DNA of 64,000 nucleotides from Salpingoeca rosetta (GCA_033442325.1 JAWQFM010000011.1:136116-200115), one strand, 5' to 3'. Shown: positions 1 to 27,096, numbered from the stretch's first letter. The notes: generated by a model from the sequence alone, not told the origin. Translations and numbers: made by a program.

Positions 1-562
1 CTCGGATGCTGACCACTGCTGACTCGAATACATGCATGCTTGCGTCTGTTTGTCTGTTGTTCACGTTTCATCCAATGTCCCTTTCGTGCTGTTGACTGTC
101 CTCTTTCGTTGCTGAAGCGCTTTTTGGTTACATGGGTCTCCTTTTCCCTTCCGCTCATTCGCCTGTACGTGTGTGTGTGTGTGTGTGTGGTGCATGTGTG
201 TTGACAATAAACGCCCCCTTTCTCGTGACGGCCAGCGACAAGACACAGCACAAGCGCTTTCTGTTTGCGTGTTCATTGAGGCGAACAAGCAGGGTGTAGG
301 GACAAGATTGCAACGCCTAGCCTGATCCTATTGTACATCGTATGCACACACGGGTAGTTGAAAAGCAACATGACATCGCGAAATGCGGGCGAACAAGTGC
401 ATGGTCACGTATATCTAACCAAAGAGCGAGAGAAGACAACCGGTGCATACATGCGTGAGCTTGCAATCAGCATGGAAGCAACATATGCGCGGATGTGTTT
501 TGTACAATCAACATATGGAAACGGAGAGCATCTGTTCGTTCAAGTCGTCACAGTTGTTGTCG

Positions 563-5850
<5,288 letters not shown>

Positions 5851-6050
5851 GGCGTGTGCCGTGTGTGTGCTGTGTTGTGCTGTGCTGTGTTGTCGTGGGT
5901 ACGTGAAGGCGGCCAACAGTTCCGTTGTGTTGTTGTGTTGGTTCAAATCGATGGCGCGCAGCAGCAGGCGCAAAGAATAGTGCTACTGTTTATCGTGTCG
6001 AATAAGACGACATACGACACGCAAAAAGATGCAAACGAAGGTCGTTCCAC

Positions 6051-6092
<42 letters not shown>

Positions 6093-6162
6093 CACACACA
6101 CACACAACACACATAACACACACAAACACACATAACACACACACACACACAGAGCGTGTATG

Positions 6163-7225
6163 TTATGCAAGGTACTCGTATTCTGTGCGGACTTGACCTC
6201 GGCGAAGGTACTCCTTGTCAATCAGCGACTCAATCGATTTCTGCATGGTCAGATGTGACACGTTTGGTCGCGTGTGGTGGGTGAGGCATCACAAAAACGA
6301 GAGCGCGTGGGTTGGAGGAGAGATTGATGGAAGGGGGAGCTTGCTTACTTACACAACCTCGCACGCACACACAAACATACACAACATACCAACACACACA
6401 ACATACACACGCACACACAACATATACAACCTCGCACACACATAGACACACACGCACACACAACATCACAAACACACAACCTCACACACGCGCGCGCGTC
6501 CTGACCTTGATCATGCCGACGTCTGGCTTGAATCTCGACTGGAGCTGCTCAATGACCTCTTGCACGAGGGACGTGTGGCTGAGGCGCTTGCGCATCTTCA
6601 TGATGCGAACAATGCACGCCTCCATCACAAGCTTGCGGTCCTCCATCGCCATCTTGTGTGTCGTCTCAGACTCCTCCTTCTGCTCGCTCTTCACGGGCTG
6701 GTCAATCTTGATCTTCAGCTTCTTGTAGCTGTACTTCTCGTTCAGCGTCATCACCTCGTTCTGCACAAACAAGGGATGAAGAAGAAAACAGAAGAATGAA
6801 TGACAAGGAACGGAGAATGAACGGAGAACGGGCACATGGTCCACACCACCATGAGCGGCTTGAAGCACGCCCGGGTCTCGCGACAGGCACAGCAAACGAG
6901 GAGGCTCAAACCGATATTGCACGTCCAACGCAGACAGACACAGACACAGACACACAGACACACACACACACCTCTTCCTTGAAGATCTTCATCTTGCGGA
7001 GGTTGTCAAGCTGTGGCTTGAGGGATTTCTGGCACACGAGGGAGCAGGTGGCAACACGGACACATCGCACAGCGACACAATCAATCGCGCGAAACACGTC
7101 GTGGCGTGAGCGAGGCGCACACAGATGTTGCTTCAAGTGCTCCTGATGCGCGTACACTGGCAACACGCTCAACAAACAAACAAACAAACAAACAAACATA
7201 CACACACACACACCACACACACGAG

Positions 7226-7302
<77 letters not shown>

Positions 7303-8952
7303 CGCGCAAGACAAAGCGTATGACATCGTGCGCGGCTGCACCTCGTCAACGCCCGTTGCTTCGAGGATTTGGGAGCGGCTCATGCTCAGCTGCTGGTTAA
7401 ACAGCAGCAGCACAGCCATCTGGATCAGATTTGCCTGCGAGCACCAACGACACATGAGGCGGTTAATCACAGCTGTACAACCAACCATGGGGGCGCGAGG
7501 CCAACCAAGTCAAAGACCAACACCCACACCCACCCACACCCACACACACACTCACACACCCACACCCACACACACAGCGTAGCGCACCTGGAAGACGAAA
7601 GGCTTCTTGAGGTAGTGTGTGAGGAGCTCGCCTTTGCACAGCTGGTACGCCCACATGAGCTTGCGGCCCTGGTGCTCATTCTGCCGGCAGGATAGTGAAG
7701 CAAGGCAACGGGGGGGGGAGCAAGGAAAGGCAAGAGACATGAGCGAGTCGCCAGTTGGCGTCATCACCACCATCAGCAATATCACGACCCCCAGCAACAT
7801 GATCATCACCACCAGCATCGTGGCGCACCACGGGCGGCAATCAGACCTGGTAGAACATGGAGAAGCGCTCGAGGCAGCGGCCGAGGACCGGCGGGAGCGT
7901 GACGTTGAGCTGCGCCGTAAACGGCCACGAGTGGCTCGTCAGCACTTGCACGTAGAAGTCAACCTTCAGCGACGTGCCGGAGACGCGCAGGTGGTTCTTG
8001 AACTTGGTGTTGAGCTCGCGGCTGGTGCCAATGTCGTTGAACATGCGCTGCAGCTTGTGTGTGTACTCGTGCCCGCTGGCGGCCTTGAGCTTGGACAGGA
8101 ACATGGCCTCCGCATCGTCAGAGGCAGAGCCGCCCGTCACAAGCCGCTTCGCAAGGAACTTCTTGTAAAACTTCTCAAACACGTCCCGATCCTCAAGGTA
8201 CTGCACGGACAGAGTATGCCGGTGAACAGAAACGAAAAGAGGGAAACACGACACACATACGACACGACACACACACGACACGACACACACACACGACACG
8301 ACACACACACACACACACACACATACACACACACACACGACACGACACAACACGACACGGACACACACACACAGAGGCTCAAGGTATGGGGGTTAGAGCG
8401 CCTCTTGCCAGCACCAGCACCAGCACCATGGGGGAAACTCACGTTGAAGATGGTCATGACCTGGGCGAGACGGCGCTCCAGCTGCTCGCCCTCCACCTTT
8501 GAGCCGCGCTTCAGCAGCGAGTCGCAGTACTTGGCCAGCAGCTCGGGGCTGCGTGTCGAGTTGCGCCCGTTGGCCGTCACGGCGTTGCGGTTCACCACGT
8601 CCTTGAGCGCCTTGTCCATCGCCTCCACAAACAGCGTGTCGTTCTCAAAGGCAAGGTTGATCTGCTTCAGGTACTTCTCGTGCACCTGCAGCAGCGTCTC
8701 AACAAACTTGCGCGCATCCTCGCTCGACTGCACATGACATCGAAGCATTTTCATTGCATAGAAGCGGCAAGGGGCGATATGAGGCCGTGGTGGTGGCCGT
8801 GGCGGTGAGTGAGTGAGACGGTGAAAGAGTTGTCACGACAAAGACGACATTCAAGCCCCGGGAACAAGCACACAAGTCACGGGCCATCAAACGTCAATTA
8901 TCAGTCATCGTGACGACTGCGACAACGAACAGCATCAAAAGGAACACCGAAG

Positions 8953-9015
<63 letters not shown>

Positions 9016-10671
9016 ACGCACCGCGCCGAGTTTGCCGCAGGCGTCGATGGCGCTGCGCGCGTGCTGTGCAATGTGCTTCTCCACCTGGTCCCGCAGTGGC
9101 TTCAGCGTCTCCGGCACACGTCGCAGCAGCGTGTACAGCCGCTTCAGGTCTGCTCAAGGGCAAGCATGCATGCATGCACGCATGCACAGGGGGTGAGCCG
9201 AGTCAAAATAGTGCAAGTGGAAGAGGCCAGGCACAAGAGATGCACCAATGGAGGGAACAAGCACAAGGCAAGTCAAGTCAAGTCAAGAAGTTGCAGGTTG
9301 CCCTGCTTGTGCGCTCACACACAGACACACAGACATACACAGACATACACACAGACAAACACACCTTCGTCCTTTTCTGTTTCCAGGAGGACGGACGCTT
9401 CGTTGTTAAGGGCGTCCTGGTGCATCACAACAAGCACTTTGTTGCACTGCACACACGCAAGTTTGAGCCGCAGCACAAGGCGCAGGTGTTAGTGGACACG
9501 GATCAACTTCTCCCCACACACGCACACGCACACGTACACACTTGTGCACAAACGCCACATGCATGCCTCAGCGTCACCTGTAACCTGAACATGTTCATGG
9601 ACATTAGCGGTGGCAACACACCTCCTCTGCGACTTTGATGCCCGTGGACTCGTGCATAAACTGATGCACGCGGTCCTCTTCCTCTTCAACGCGCACCAGC
9701 GCCTGTACACAGAGGAATAAGCGAAAGGCCGAGGGGGAGGGGGATCAGGAAATCGTGCAGATAGCAGAACCAAAAGTGAAATGGCTTTACCAACGCGCAC
9801 ACACACACACCCTCACACACACACACACGACACCTGACCTTTTTGACAAAGTCTGCGAGGGAGCCCGCGTCTGCAAAGGAGATGCTCTCCTTCTGGTAAA
9901 AGGCGCGCGTCTCGGCGAGGTACGGCCTCTCAAAGTACTGCTCGTACACGTCCAGGTTCACTTTTGGCTTGAACTCAACGCGCCCAACAAGCCCTTGCAC
10001 ATTCTCCTTGTCATCCAAACCCATCGCCACTGGTGTGTGTGTGTGTGTGTGTTTGTGTGTGCATGCATGCATGCATGTGTGTTCATGTCGCGAGGGTAAG
10101 AAGGAGCATCAGCGAAAGTCAACCACACCCACTCACCCACCCCTACACCCACACAGAGCACGTGTAACCCCCCCCCCCAAAAAAAATCATCCGCCCTCTA
10201 CCGACCGAGGCTTGCTGTAAACGCCTTGAGGGCGCTGGTGCGGATCTGAACGCCGTTGCGGTCCTGGCGAACCATCTCAAGCGCGCTCTCGACAAGCTAC
10301 ACACACACACACACACGCACACATACAGGTGTGTGTGGGTGTGTTGTTCATGTGAGGAATGCACAGCAACACCAATGCGTGCAAACCAGAGAGACAGGTG
10401 CAAGAGGTGCTGTAAATGTTGCGCACCTTCTCGTGCAGGGGTTTGAAGAGGTATTCTCTCCAAACAAAGACGGTCAGCTGTAGGCGTGACAATTGGGAAG
10501 TCGCAAGAACGCAGAGGCAAGTGGAACCAGCGCATGGGTGAGGTCAGGGCAGGCACACTGAAATGTGCTTCATGTACAGCAGTTGCAAAGATGACACCCA
10601 AGGGCCTGATCCCGAAACCTCACGCACGGGTGTTCACACACACACACAAAGTGTACACACACACATAAGGT

Positions 10672-10720
<49 letters not shown>

Positions 10721-11720
10721 CACACACAGACTCAAGTGCGTACTTACACACACAACAAAACAAACAAACAAACAAACAAACAGGCACACAGCGCGTGCGC
10801 ACCGTGTAGATGTCAAAGTATCCGGGCATGTCTGCTTCGATGGCGCGGGGCACGCAGTGCTTGTTGAGGTAGCTGAAGATGTTGTCGATGATGGTGCGCG
10901 TAAAGTCGTACAGCCCCCACTCGTGGCGGTATGTGTTGAGCAGCTCCTCCCCGCGAAGCTGCGACAGCGCCTGTCCCACAAAGCCCACAGCAGGCAGCGC
11001 GAGGTAATGTGGTGGTGGTAGTGGTGGTGGCGACGGCGACCCACAGTGTGAGCGGAAGGGGACGTTGGGGGTGGACGGCGTGTGAGTGGACAGATGCGCG
11101 TTTTGACGAGGAGGAGGAGGAGGAGGAGCAAGCTTTCTCCCACATAGAGGAAGGCAAAACGCTTGGCATACGCGAACAAGGTGCGTGTGTGCGTGCGTGC
11201 GTGTGTGTGCTTGTGTGCTTCTCTGTTTGTTTGCGTGTGCTGTTGAAACATACGCTGAGCTTCTTCTTGTTGTGTTCAATGAGAAAGTCCTTGAGCTTGT
11301 CGTAAATGTCCTTTCCGTAAATCTTGTCGGCTGGTGTGGGTTGGGTGACATGAACGTGAGTGAAGCATGCATGCAAAAGCGTGCAGGCAGCCACGCACGC
11401 GCGCGCGCACATACACATAGAAACAGAAACACACACGCACACACAGACACAGACACACACACACACACACACACGCACACACACGCATGCACACAGACAC
11501 AGGGACGCGCATGGAGGGTCACCAACCGGACTGGGATCGTGCGCCAGCTTGCATGGCGCCCAGAGGCCTGGACCCCGAGGAGCTCTTTGTGCAGTACCCA
11601 AATACCTCACTGTACCACCACAGCACACAAATGATGAGCATGCGTGACGTCAATGTAGTGTCACCCGCACGCCAATTCGGCACACCCACAACACGAGAGA
11701 GTGAGTGTGTGTGTGTGTGC

Positions 11721-11767
<47 letters not shown>

Positions 11768-11973
11768 AAGGGGCTGACTGCAGCGTGGAGACGTGTGTGT
11801 TGGGGCATGTGGGTGTGGGAAGGCGCGTACTGGTAGAGTTCGATGTAGTCCGTCTTCTCGAGCGCCTTGATTGTGCCTGAGTTGCTGCTGGCACGAAGAT
11901 CCGCGTTGAGGATCTTGTCCAGCCCAAGACTGAGTACGGCCCATGTTTGTCGAATGTCGATGGTGGCCGCCAT
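6163..11973 (-). CDS. CUL1: Cullin-1 (SCF scaffold), multi-exon
   Basis: Starts [11 protein letters not shown] at 11973. Cullin motifs [35 protein letters not shown] and [34 protein letters not shown]. Neddylation motif [10 protein letters not shown]-terminus [12 protein letters not shown]...YEYLA with stop at 6165-6163. Confidence 0.9.
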
Positions 11974-13256
11974 CCTGGTCGACACACAACACACACACAC
12001 ACACACGGGGAGCAAAGCAGCGCAGGTTGTGGATGGGGCAGTGCCATGTGATGAGCGCTATCAATACAGTGCGCGAGTGGATATGCATCACTTGCGTTTG
12101 GTCAAGCGCAGTCTGCACTGGTGTGAACACTGAGTTGTGCCTCTAGCGTGGTGTGGTGATGTACATCATTTGCCGAGGGTGATGTGCATCATTTGCCGAG
12201 CACACGCTCTCGAACACTGAGCAACAGTGCCTGTTGCCCAAAGATTGCCTGGTGACGATGGCGCCAACACACACACACACACACACACACACACCTGGCG
12301 CGCGTTGGTTGTTGTGGACAAGACGCGGGAAGCGCGGATTATTGGTGCAGCAGAAGTCGTTGATCAATCTCTGTCACGGACACAGCAAGTGGCGTGAGTC
12401 GAAAAGAATATTGAAGAGCAATGAAAACGAAACACCGATGGCCACGTGCACACACTCTCACACATGCACAAGAAGACCAAGACCAATACCGCCAACACCA
12501 CCATCAACACCACCAGCATCGCCATGTGCCACAAGCGACAACGCGCGAGTGATCATCGTTGGACGGCCATGATCACAATGAGTAAGAAGGGTGCGCGCCA
12601 ACACCACGAGCAGGGCCAAAAAACATCCAAACAAGAACGCCACGACAGAGAGGCACAAATACGCGCCCGCAGCACAGAGGGCGCCAACATACACGTCCAC
12701 TAGTAGCATGGTGGTGCACGAGCAGCGAACGAACGGCGGTCACACAGTACCACGCACCTTTTCTTTTCGTTCTTTCCCTCCACAGACAAAGGCAGGGTGA
12801 CAAATCAGGCTGCTGGGGTGCGCGCGGGAAGACACAAACAACAAAAGCGAAACTGCCACAGAGCAACCGTCCCTTCTTGCCTTACCTTGCTTGGATTAAT
12901 TGCTGACAGCGACTTTTTTTTTCCGCCCTCTTGTTTGTTTGTGTTTGTGGAAACGGGTATTGGCGCGTGCATCGAACGGATGACTTCTGATTTTCTGGCG
13001 ATGCGTTGGGGAACGGTGTTCCTGCAGCAAGAATTGCTGTTGAGAATACTTAAAAAAATTCTTCACGGAGTACTCTGCAAAAACCGAATACTACCGAATG
13101 TCTTGCTTGTATTTTCAGAACGTGGTACTTTGGGTGTGAGTACTGAGTACCTCCCGCAGCAATTGACAGCAGTGTGCGGCGCATGTGCTGGCTGTGCCTT
13201 TTTCCCTCACCGCCCCAGCACCATCAACAACCTCCCTTCTTCACCCAGCAGCCACC

Positions 13257-15443
13257 ATGAGGTTGGTTTGGTGTGGTGTGGTGTGGTGGCGCGTGTGGTC
13301 AAAACCATATGAAGATGGGTGTGGAGCGATAGAGAGGGAGAGTAGGGGTGTGCGAGCAAGGGGTACGCCTGCGTGAAGTGAGGTGTAAGTGTGCACGAAG
13401 CGAGGTGTAAGTGTGCATGCGTGTGGCAGACGTGTGTGGCAGATCAACCACCACCAACAACAGCGCACACACTCGCACACACTCACACACTTGCACACAC
13501 TCACACACACTCGCGCGCGCACGCATCCACCACAGTGACAAGGCCCGCCCCACGGTGCCCGCCATGCACCTCAAGAAGAAGGCACGCAACCAGAGGATTG
13601 CCAAGACTCTGCGCGCGAAGAAGGCTGCGGAGACAAAGGTACAACAGCATGCCCACGCTGTGTGCGCAATGCACACGACAGCATGTCAGACAGAGGGCTG
13701 TGGTGGTTGGATTGGCCGGGCGGGCTGACGGGTGCTGCGTGACCTGATGGGGAGCGCTGATGCGCACGGTCGCGGTCAGTGCAAGCGGTGTGGCGGCGTG
13801 AACGGAGCAAAAGAACAGAGATGGAACAGAGATGGCGACACCAACCACAGCACCCGCAGCAACGCCGTCAACAGAGCCAGCAACCAACTAGCGACGGCGA
13901 CGATGGCCCCGCCACAGCCGTGAAGAGACGTGGCGAGAGACGCATGAACAGCATGTGCTTGGTGAAAACAGTTGTTGCCGCGATTGGCTGATTCGAGCGC
14001 TCGCAGTTCGAAGACCGCATCAGACGCACCGCGCCTTCTCGTGTGGAGCCCAGTTGATCTTACCCAAACGACATCAGCAGCAGTGGCGAGAGGGAACACA
14101 GCTTGAGACGCGGTTCCCGCGCTTTCATGAACGAGCAACTCCAGCGAGTCAGCCAACCAGCCAGCCAACTTTCTTCCACTGTTCCCCTTCTCGACACACC
14201 CACAACATACACATTTGTGCTTTCATTTGTGGTGTGAGCTTGTGAGTGTCGTTTGCTCATTCATGACATGCGCGTCGTACGACCCTGCGCTTTTCCATAC
14301 ACACACAGAGGCGCCTGAAGAACCGCCGCGAGATCATCAAGCGTGCTGCCAAGTACGAGAAGGAGTACGAGCACAACGAGCGCACCGCCATGCGTCTCAA
14401 CCGCATCGCCAAGAAGACCGGTACCTTCTACATTCCTGAGGAGCCCAAGCTTCTCTTCGTCATCCGCATCCGCGGGTACGTCTTCACTGAGCCACATAGC
14501 CGCGTGCGTGTGTATGTGACAGAGAGCTCGCGCGCAGTTGCTCGCTTCCTGCACGCATGTGTGCGGGCCCCACTCGATCACACACACACACACACACACA
14601 CAATGTCATATTTTGAAGTGCACAAGTCTACACCCCCGCTGTACCAACAACAACAGCAGCTACCCATCGTTTCACGCTTGCTGACCGCTTTGATGTTGTT
14701 TCTTGTCGTTTCTTGTGCATGTTGATGATAGTATCAACGGCGTGTCCCCTAAGGTGCGCAAGATCCTCCAGCTCTTCCGCCTGCTGCAGATCAACAACGG
14801 TGTCTTCCTCCGCGTGAACAAGCCCATCCTCAACATGCTTCAGAAGGTCCAGCACTACGTCGCATACGGGTACGTGGTCAAAACACTCCTTCGTTTGTGT
14901 GTGGTGTGTGTGTGTGTGCACTAAAAGGGCGTGTTGTTTCCAAGTTGGCCATAACAGCAGCAGCAGCAGCACCACCACCACCATTCCGCCGCTTTCTGCC
15001 AAAGCTCTCATCAACAACAACAACAACAACAACAACCAATATAATAACCTCAGTGCAACATTGCACATGCTTTGACGCGCTCAACTCACTGCTGTATCCA
15101 TCCCTTTGTGTCTCGACATTGCAGTTACCCCAACCTCAAGACTGTGCGCGAGCTCATCCTGAAGCGCGGTTACGCCAAGATCAACGGCCAGCGCATCCCC
15201 ATCTCCAGCAACGACGTGATTGAGCAGAAGCTGCGCAAGTGCGGCATCATGTGCGTCGAGGACCTCGTCCACGAGATCTTCACTGTGGGCCCCAACTTCA
15301 AGAAGGCCAACAACTTCCTCTGGCCATTCAAGCTCAACACCCCCAACGGTGGCTGGGTGAAGAAGGGCAACCACTACGTTGAGGGTGGCGACTATGGTAA
15401 CCGCGAGGACGCTATCAACAAGCTTGTGCGCCGCATGAACTGA
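13257..15443 (+). CDS. RPL7: 60S ribosomal protein L7 (uL30), 5 coding exons
   Basis: gccaccATG at 13257. Exon 1 ATGAG joins the exon at 13536 to give [10 protein letters not shown]. Motifs [66 protein letters not shown] and [19 protein letters not shown]. Strong codon bias. Confidence 0.97.
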
Positions 15444-16242
15444 GCTGTCTCAGGCCTGTCGGTGTCGGTGCTGTGTTGTCGTTGTGTCCTGGCTCGTTGG
15501 TTCATTCTCAGGTCCTTGGGTCTGTCATGCCTCTGAACGGTCATCAAAATCCAAGAAACTGTAAACGCAGACAACGGTTGAACCACTCCTGAAGTTGTTG
15601 TTTTGAAACAGGGGATGGGGGGGGGGCGGGAAGTGGGCTGGAGTAAGCCGGTACGCCACTCACTTTGTGACACACAGAAGGCAGCAACAAGCGCAAGCGG
15701 TTGTTGTTCGGGTGAACGTAAACGGATGATGAGACGCGCGACTCTGCACGCGTGCACAGGCTCAGGGTTGTTTGGAGGAAGCGTTTACATTCGACCGGTC
15801 TGCTTATCATCCAACAACGCAACAAAACTTAACGAACAGGCACGGAAGCGAGCGAGCCAGAACACGATATCACACTGATCACAAAACCTAACGCAACAAA
15901 CCAGACGACAGCAAGCAGCAGCGGCGACATGACATGGCATGGTGACATGACATGCTATGACGCACCAACGCAACAACACGGCAAAGAGAGAAAAGCAAGC
16001 AAGTGAACAAAGTACACGCAACAGCAAGCAAGAGAACAAGGGGAGCAATCCAACAAGCAAACGATACAACGAATCTAGAAAAAGCGAGCCAAGAGCCATG
16101 AAGCAACCAAAGCAAAGCAAGAAAGCAAGCAATATGAGTGTCAGTATGGTGGTCGTTAAGTAGAGTCCAGTCCAGTCAGGGGTGAGCCGAGGGCACACGC
16201 GACGCAAACGAATGGGCGCTGCGGAGCATCCCTCCCCACCGG

Positions 16243-16388
16243 CTACGCGTGAGCGGGTGTGACAGCATCGTGCTGCTCACTTTCTGCACCACCAGTTGTC
16301 GGCACGTCTTCCTCCTGAAGAACCAAACAAACCGGCGCAAACAGCGCGCAACGCAAGCGGAAACAAGATGTCAGCTGAGTCAACGAAG

Positions 16389-16460
<72 letters not shown>

Positions 16461-16848
16461 CGAACATCAACAGCAACAGCAACAGCAACGGGTCCGCTCA
16501 AAACCACACTTGCTCCCCCCCCCAACTGCCCATCAGTCCTCGAAGCAACTGACTGACCACTTCGTCCTCGACGCCAATCTCCATGTAGCCGTAGTCTTCG
16601 GAGCGCGTGTCATATCGACCATCCTCGTCATAGTCGCTGTCGTCGCCGCTGGCACCGCTGGCATCCACGCCGTCACGCTCCTCCTCCTCCTCCTCGTCTT
16701 CGCTCTCGCCCTCGTTCTCCGCCTCTGATATGACAGACAGGATTGCCATTGCATCGCGCGCATCGTCATTTGTGACGTGCACGGCGTGCTTCTCGCTGGC
16801 TAACGCCGCAGCACTGCCGTCCGCTTCCTCGCTGTTGTTCGCAGCAGA

Positions 16849-16914
<66 letters not shown>

Positions 16915-18552
16915 GCGTGAATACATGATCATAACGATACAAACAGGGGCAGAGAGGAAGGACGTGAGCATGCATACACACATGGTTAGAGGAGGCAGGA
17001 TTGTTAGCAAAGCCAGGACCCCCAATGCAACGTTCATGGACACGCGTTCCAACCCTTCCAAACACACACACACACACATACGCACCATGGCTGCGACGAA
17101 TGTAGTTGTTTTGCTCGTGGTCGTTGTGGTCGTTGTGCCCATGATATCCGACTGCGTTGCGTTTGACGTTGATGACATGGATGCAGCCACCACACCATCC
17201 ACGCCACGCGTTCCATTCGCACCACGCGTTCCATTCGCACCTGCCGCCTCTGCAACCACGACCCTCGCCCCTGTCGCTGTCGTGGTTGTAGTCGCCACCG
17301 CTGTTCCGTCGGACTGCGCAGTTGCCTCAAAGTGCGTTGTGAGCACCGCGCCCTCCCCAACTGCAACCGCACGCTGCGGAACAACAGATGTTGCGCGCGT
17401 CTCCACTATCTCCTCAATGCCACTGGCAATGGCGCTGAACGCAACAGATGCGGCAATGCGCTCAGCCATCTGCTCCAGCGTCTCCACCTGGCCCGCACGC
17501 TGCCCTGTGCCGGCCGGTGGGCTCGTGCTCACCCCGCTGTCCATGCGGTCCCCCTCCTCTTCCTCCTGCTCGCCCTCGATGTGCTGCTTGCCGCTGGTGC
17601 CGCCCTTGGATATGGCGGTTGGCACGACGATGCTGGCGGCGGGGGCGTGCTCCTTGTTGAACAGCACCACCACCGCAGACATGTTGTCGCGGCTGCCGAG
17701 GGAGAAGCACCGCTTGACAAGCGAGTGGCACACGTTGCCCAAGTGACCGGTTGTCTTGCGCAGCTGCTGCTGCACGTGGCGAACCGCGGTGTGGTTGTTC
17801 ATCACATCCCAGATGCCGTCGCAGGCAAGCAGCAGGAAGTCGTCCTTCTCCCGGCACCGCTCCACCACGGTGATGTCTGGCTCCGGCGACACCTTCTGCT
17901 GCAGCAGGCTCAGGTCCGATCGCATCTTGTAGTCAAAGTCACCAAAGGCGCGGGAAACGGCGAGGCCGCCGTCCACACGACCATTCAGCACGCACCCGCC
18001 CGCGTTGGTGATGCGCGCGCGCTCCTGGGAGAGCGTGGGCTTGTGGTCCATGGTTGCAAAGGCCAGCCGCCCTTCCCGTGCCAGCACGCTGCGGGAGTCG
18101 CCGACGTTGGCGAAGACAAAGTGGGTCGGGGTGATGAGCACGCTCGTGCACGTGCTACCGGAGCGGTCCTTGAGCACCTCCGGGTTGCGCACGAGCATCT
18201 GGTCGTGCTTGATGAACGACCGCCGCAGCGCCGCCTGTACCCCTTGGATGCTGTCGCGAACAGGCAGGATCTCGTACAGCACGGTGCCCGCGAGCTTGTT
18301 CCCGGAGATTTCTGCTACCTTCTTCCCCGCGTGCCCGTCCAGGACGGCGTAGAAGGCCCAGCCGTCGAGCCCGGGCAGCGTCGCCCGCATCACGTGCGCA
18401 TCCTCCATGTGCGCGCGCCAGCCTTGCATACAGGCCATGCCGTGCGCGAGGTGGTCGTGCGTGTGGCATGCGCTTGTGTGGATTTCTGTCTTTGGCTTCA
18501 GAAGAAAAGCCGAGCTTGTGCGGCGTGGCAGCCGCGACTCGGTTTGCCCCAT
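16243..18552 (-). CDS. Protein phosphatase 2C (PPM1A/PPM1B-like) with an acidic C-terminal extension
   Basis: MGQ start at 18552. Motifs MQGWRAHMEDAH, LDGHAG, NVGDSR, DHKP, LAVSRAFGDFDYK, LACDGIWDVM and GSRDNMS. Two downstream acidic exons at about 16846-16555 and 16315-16243. Confidence 0.92.
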
Positions 18553-19259
18553 AATAAGAAGAATAAGAAGGTATTGATCAGCTGCGCTGGCAATCGGACA
18601 CACAGAGACGCAACAAGGGTAGGCAAAGCCGAGCGCATGGACGCGAGTGAGTGAATGGGCGAGTGAGTGAATGGGCGAGTGAGTGAGTGGGGAGGCACAA
18701 AAACGTGGATCGTGGATCGTGGCTCGTGGCAATGGACGCAATGTAAGCGATGATGAGAGCATGACAACACAAGTGCAGATGACGGCAACTACAGATGAAG
18801 GCAACACAAGTCGAGCAAGAACAGGGCTTGCGCAAGCACAAAGACACGCACGCAGGCAGAGCTCGCAGCAAATTTTATGGTGTGCACCTTGTATTCAGTA
18901 TGAAGGAAAGGTACAAAAGCTGGTCATGCACGAGGGCGTGTCGTTGTCACGGCAGAACCCCAGGGTGGTGTGATCTTGGTGAAGATGTGCAGGAGGAGTG
19001 TGCATGTGTGCGTGCCTGTGTGTGTTTGTGCGCTCACCTTACAAACAACAACATGCCACCAACAACCGATGATTGGCGACGATCAGTGAATAACACGCGA
19101 CAATTTTCAGCACACAGATCGCCTGTGGTCAGTTTGTTTGGTTTGCGCGCAAGCCAGTCAGTGCGAACGTGGACACAGACAGTGAGGCGCACGCCGTCAC
19201 AGTCGGGGCTGCTGCTTGGTGGTACTTGGATCACTCGCACGATAGCCAACCAAACAGCG

Positions 19260-26926
<7,667 letters not shown>

Positions 26927-26962
26927 GGTGCACGACGCGAGCGTGTGTTTGCGTCCGCATAT

Positions 26963-27096
<134 letters not shown>

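Noticed and set aside
7619-8737. Long antisense ORFs over CUL1 (also over PP2C 17332-18654, INTS2 25051-26166, WDR60 45753-46931 and the Roco gene 56996-57826)
   Set aside because: Shadow ORFs produced by GC-rich codon bias on the opposite strand.
12143-12866. Short hydrophobic ORFs upstream of CUL1
   Set aside because: No recognisable motif. A splice donor at about 12293 suggests these are CUL1 5' UTR exons and introns.
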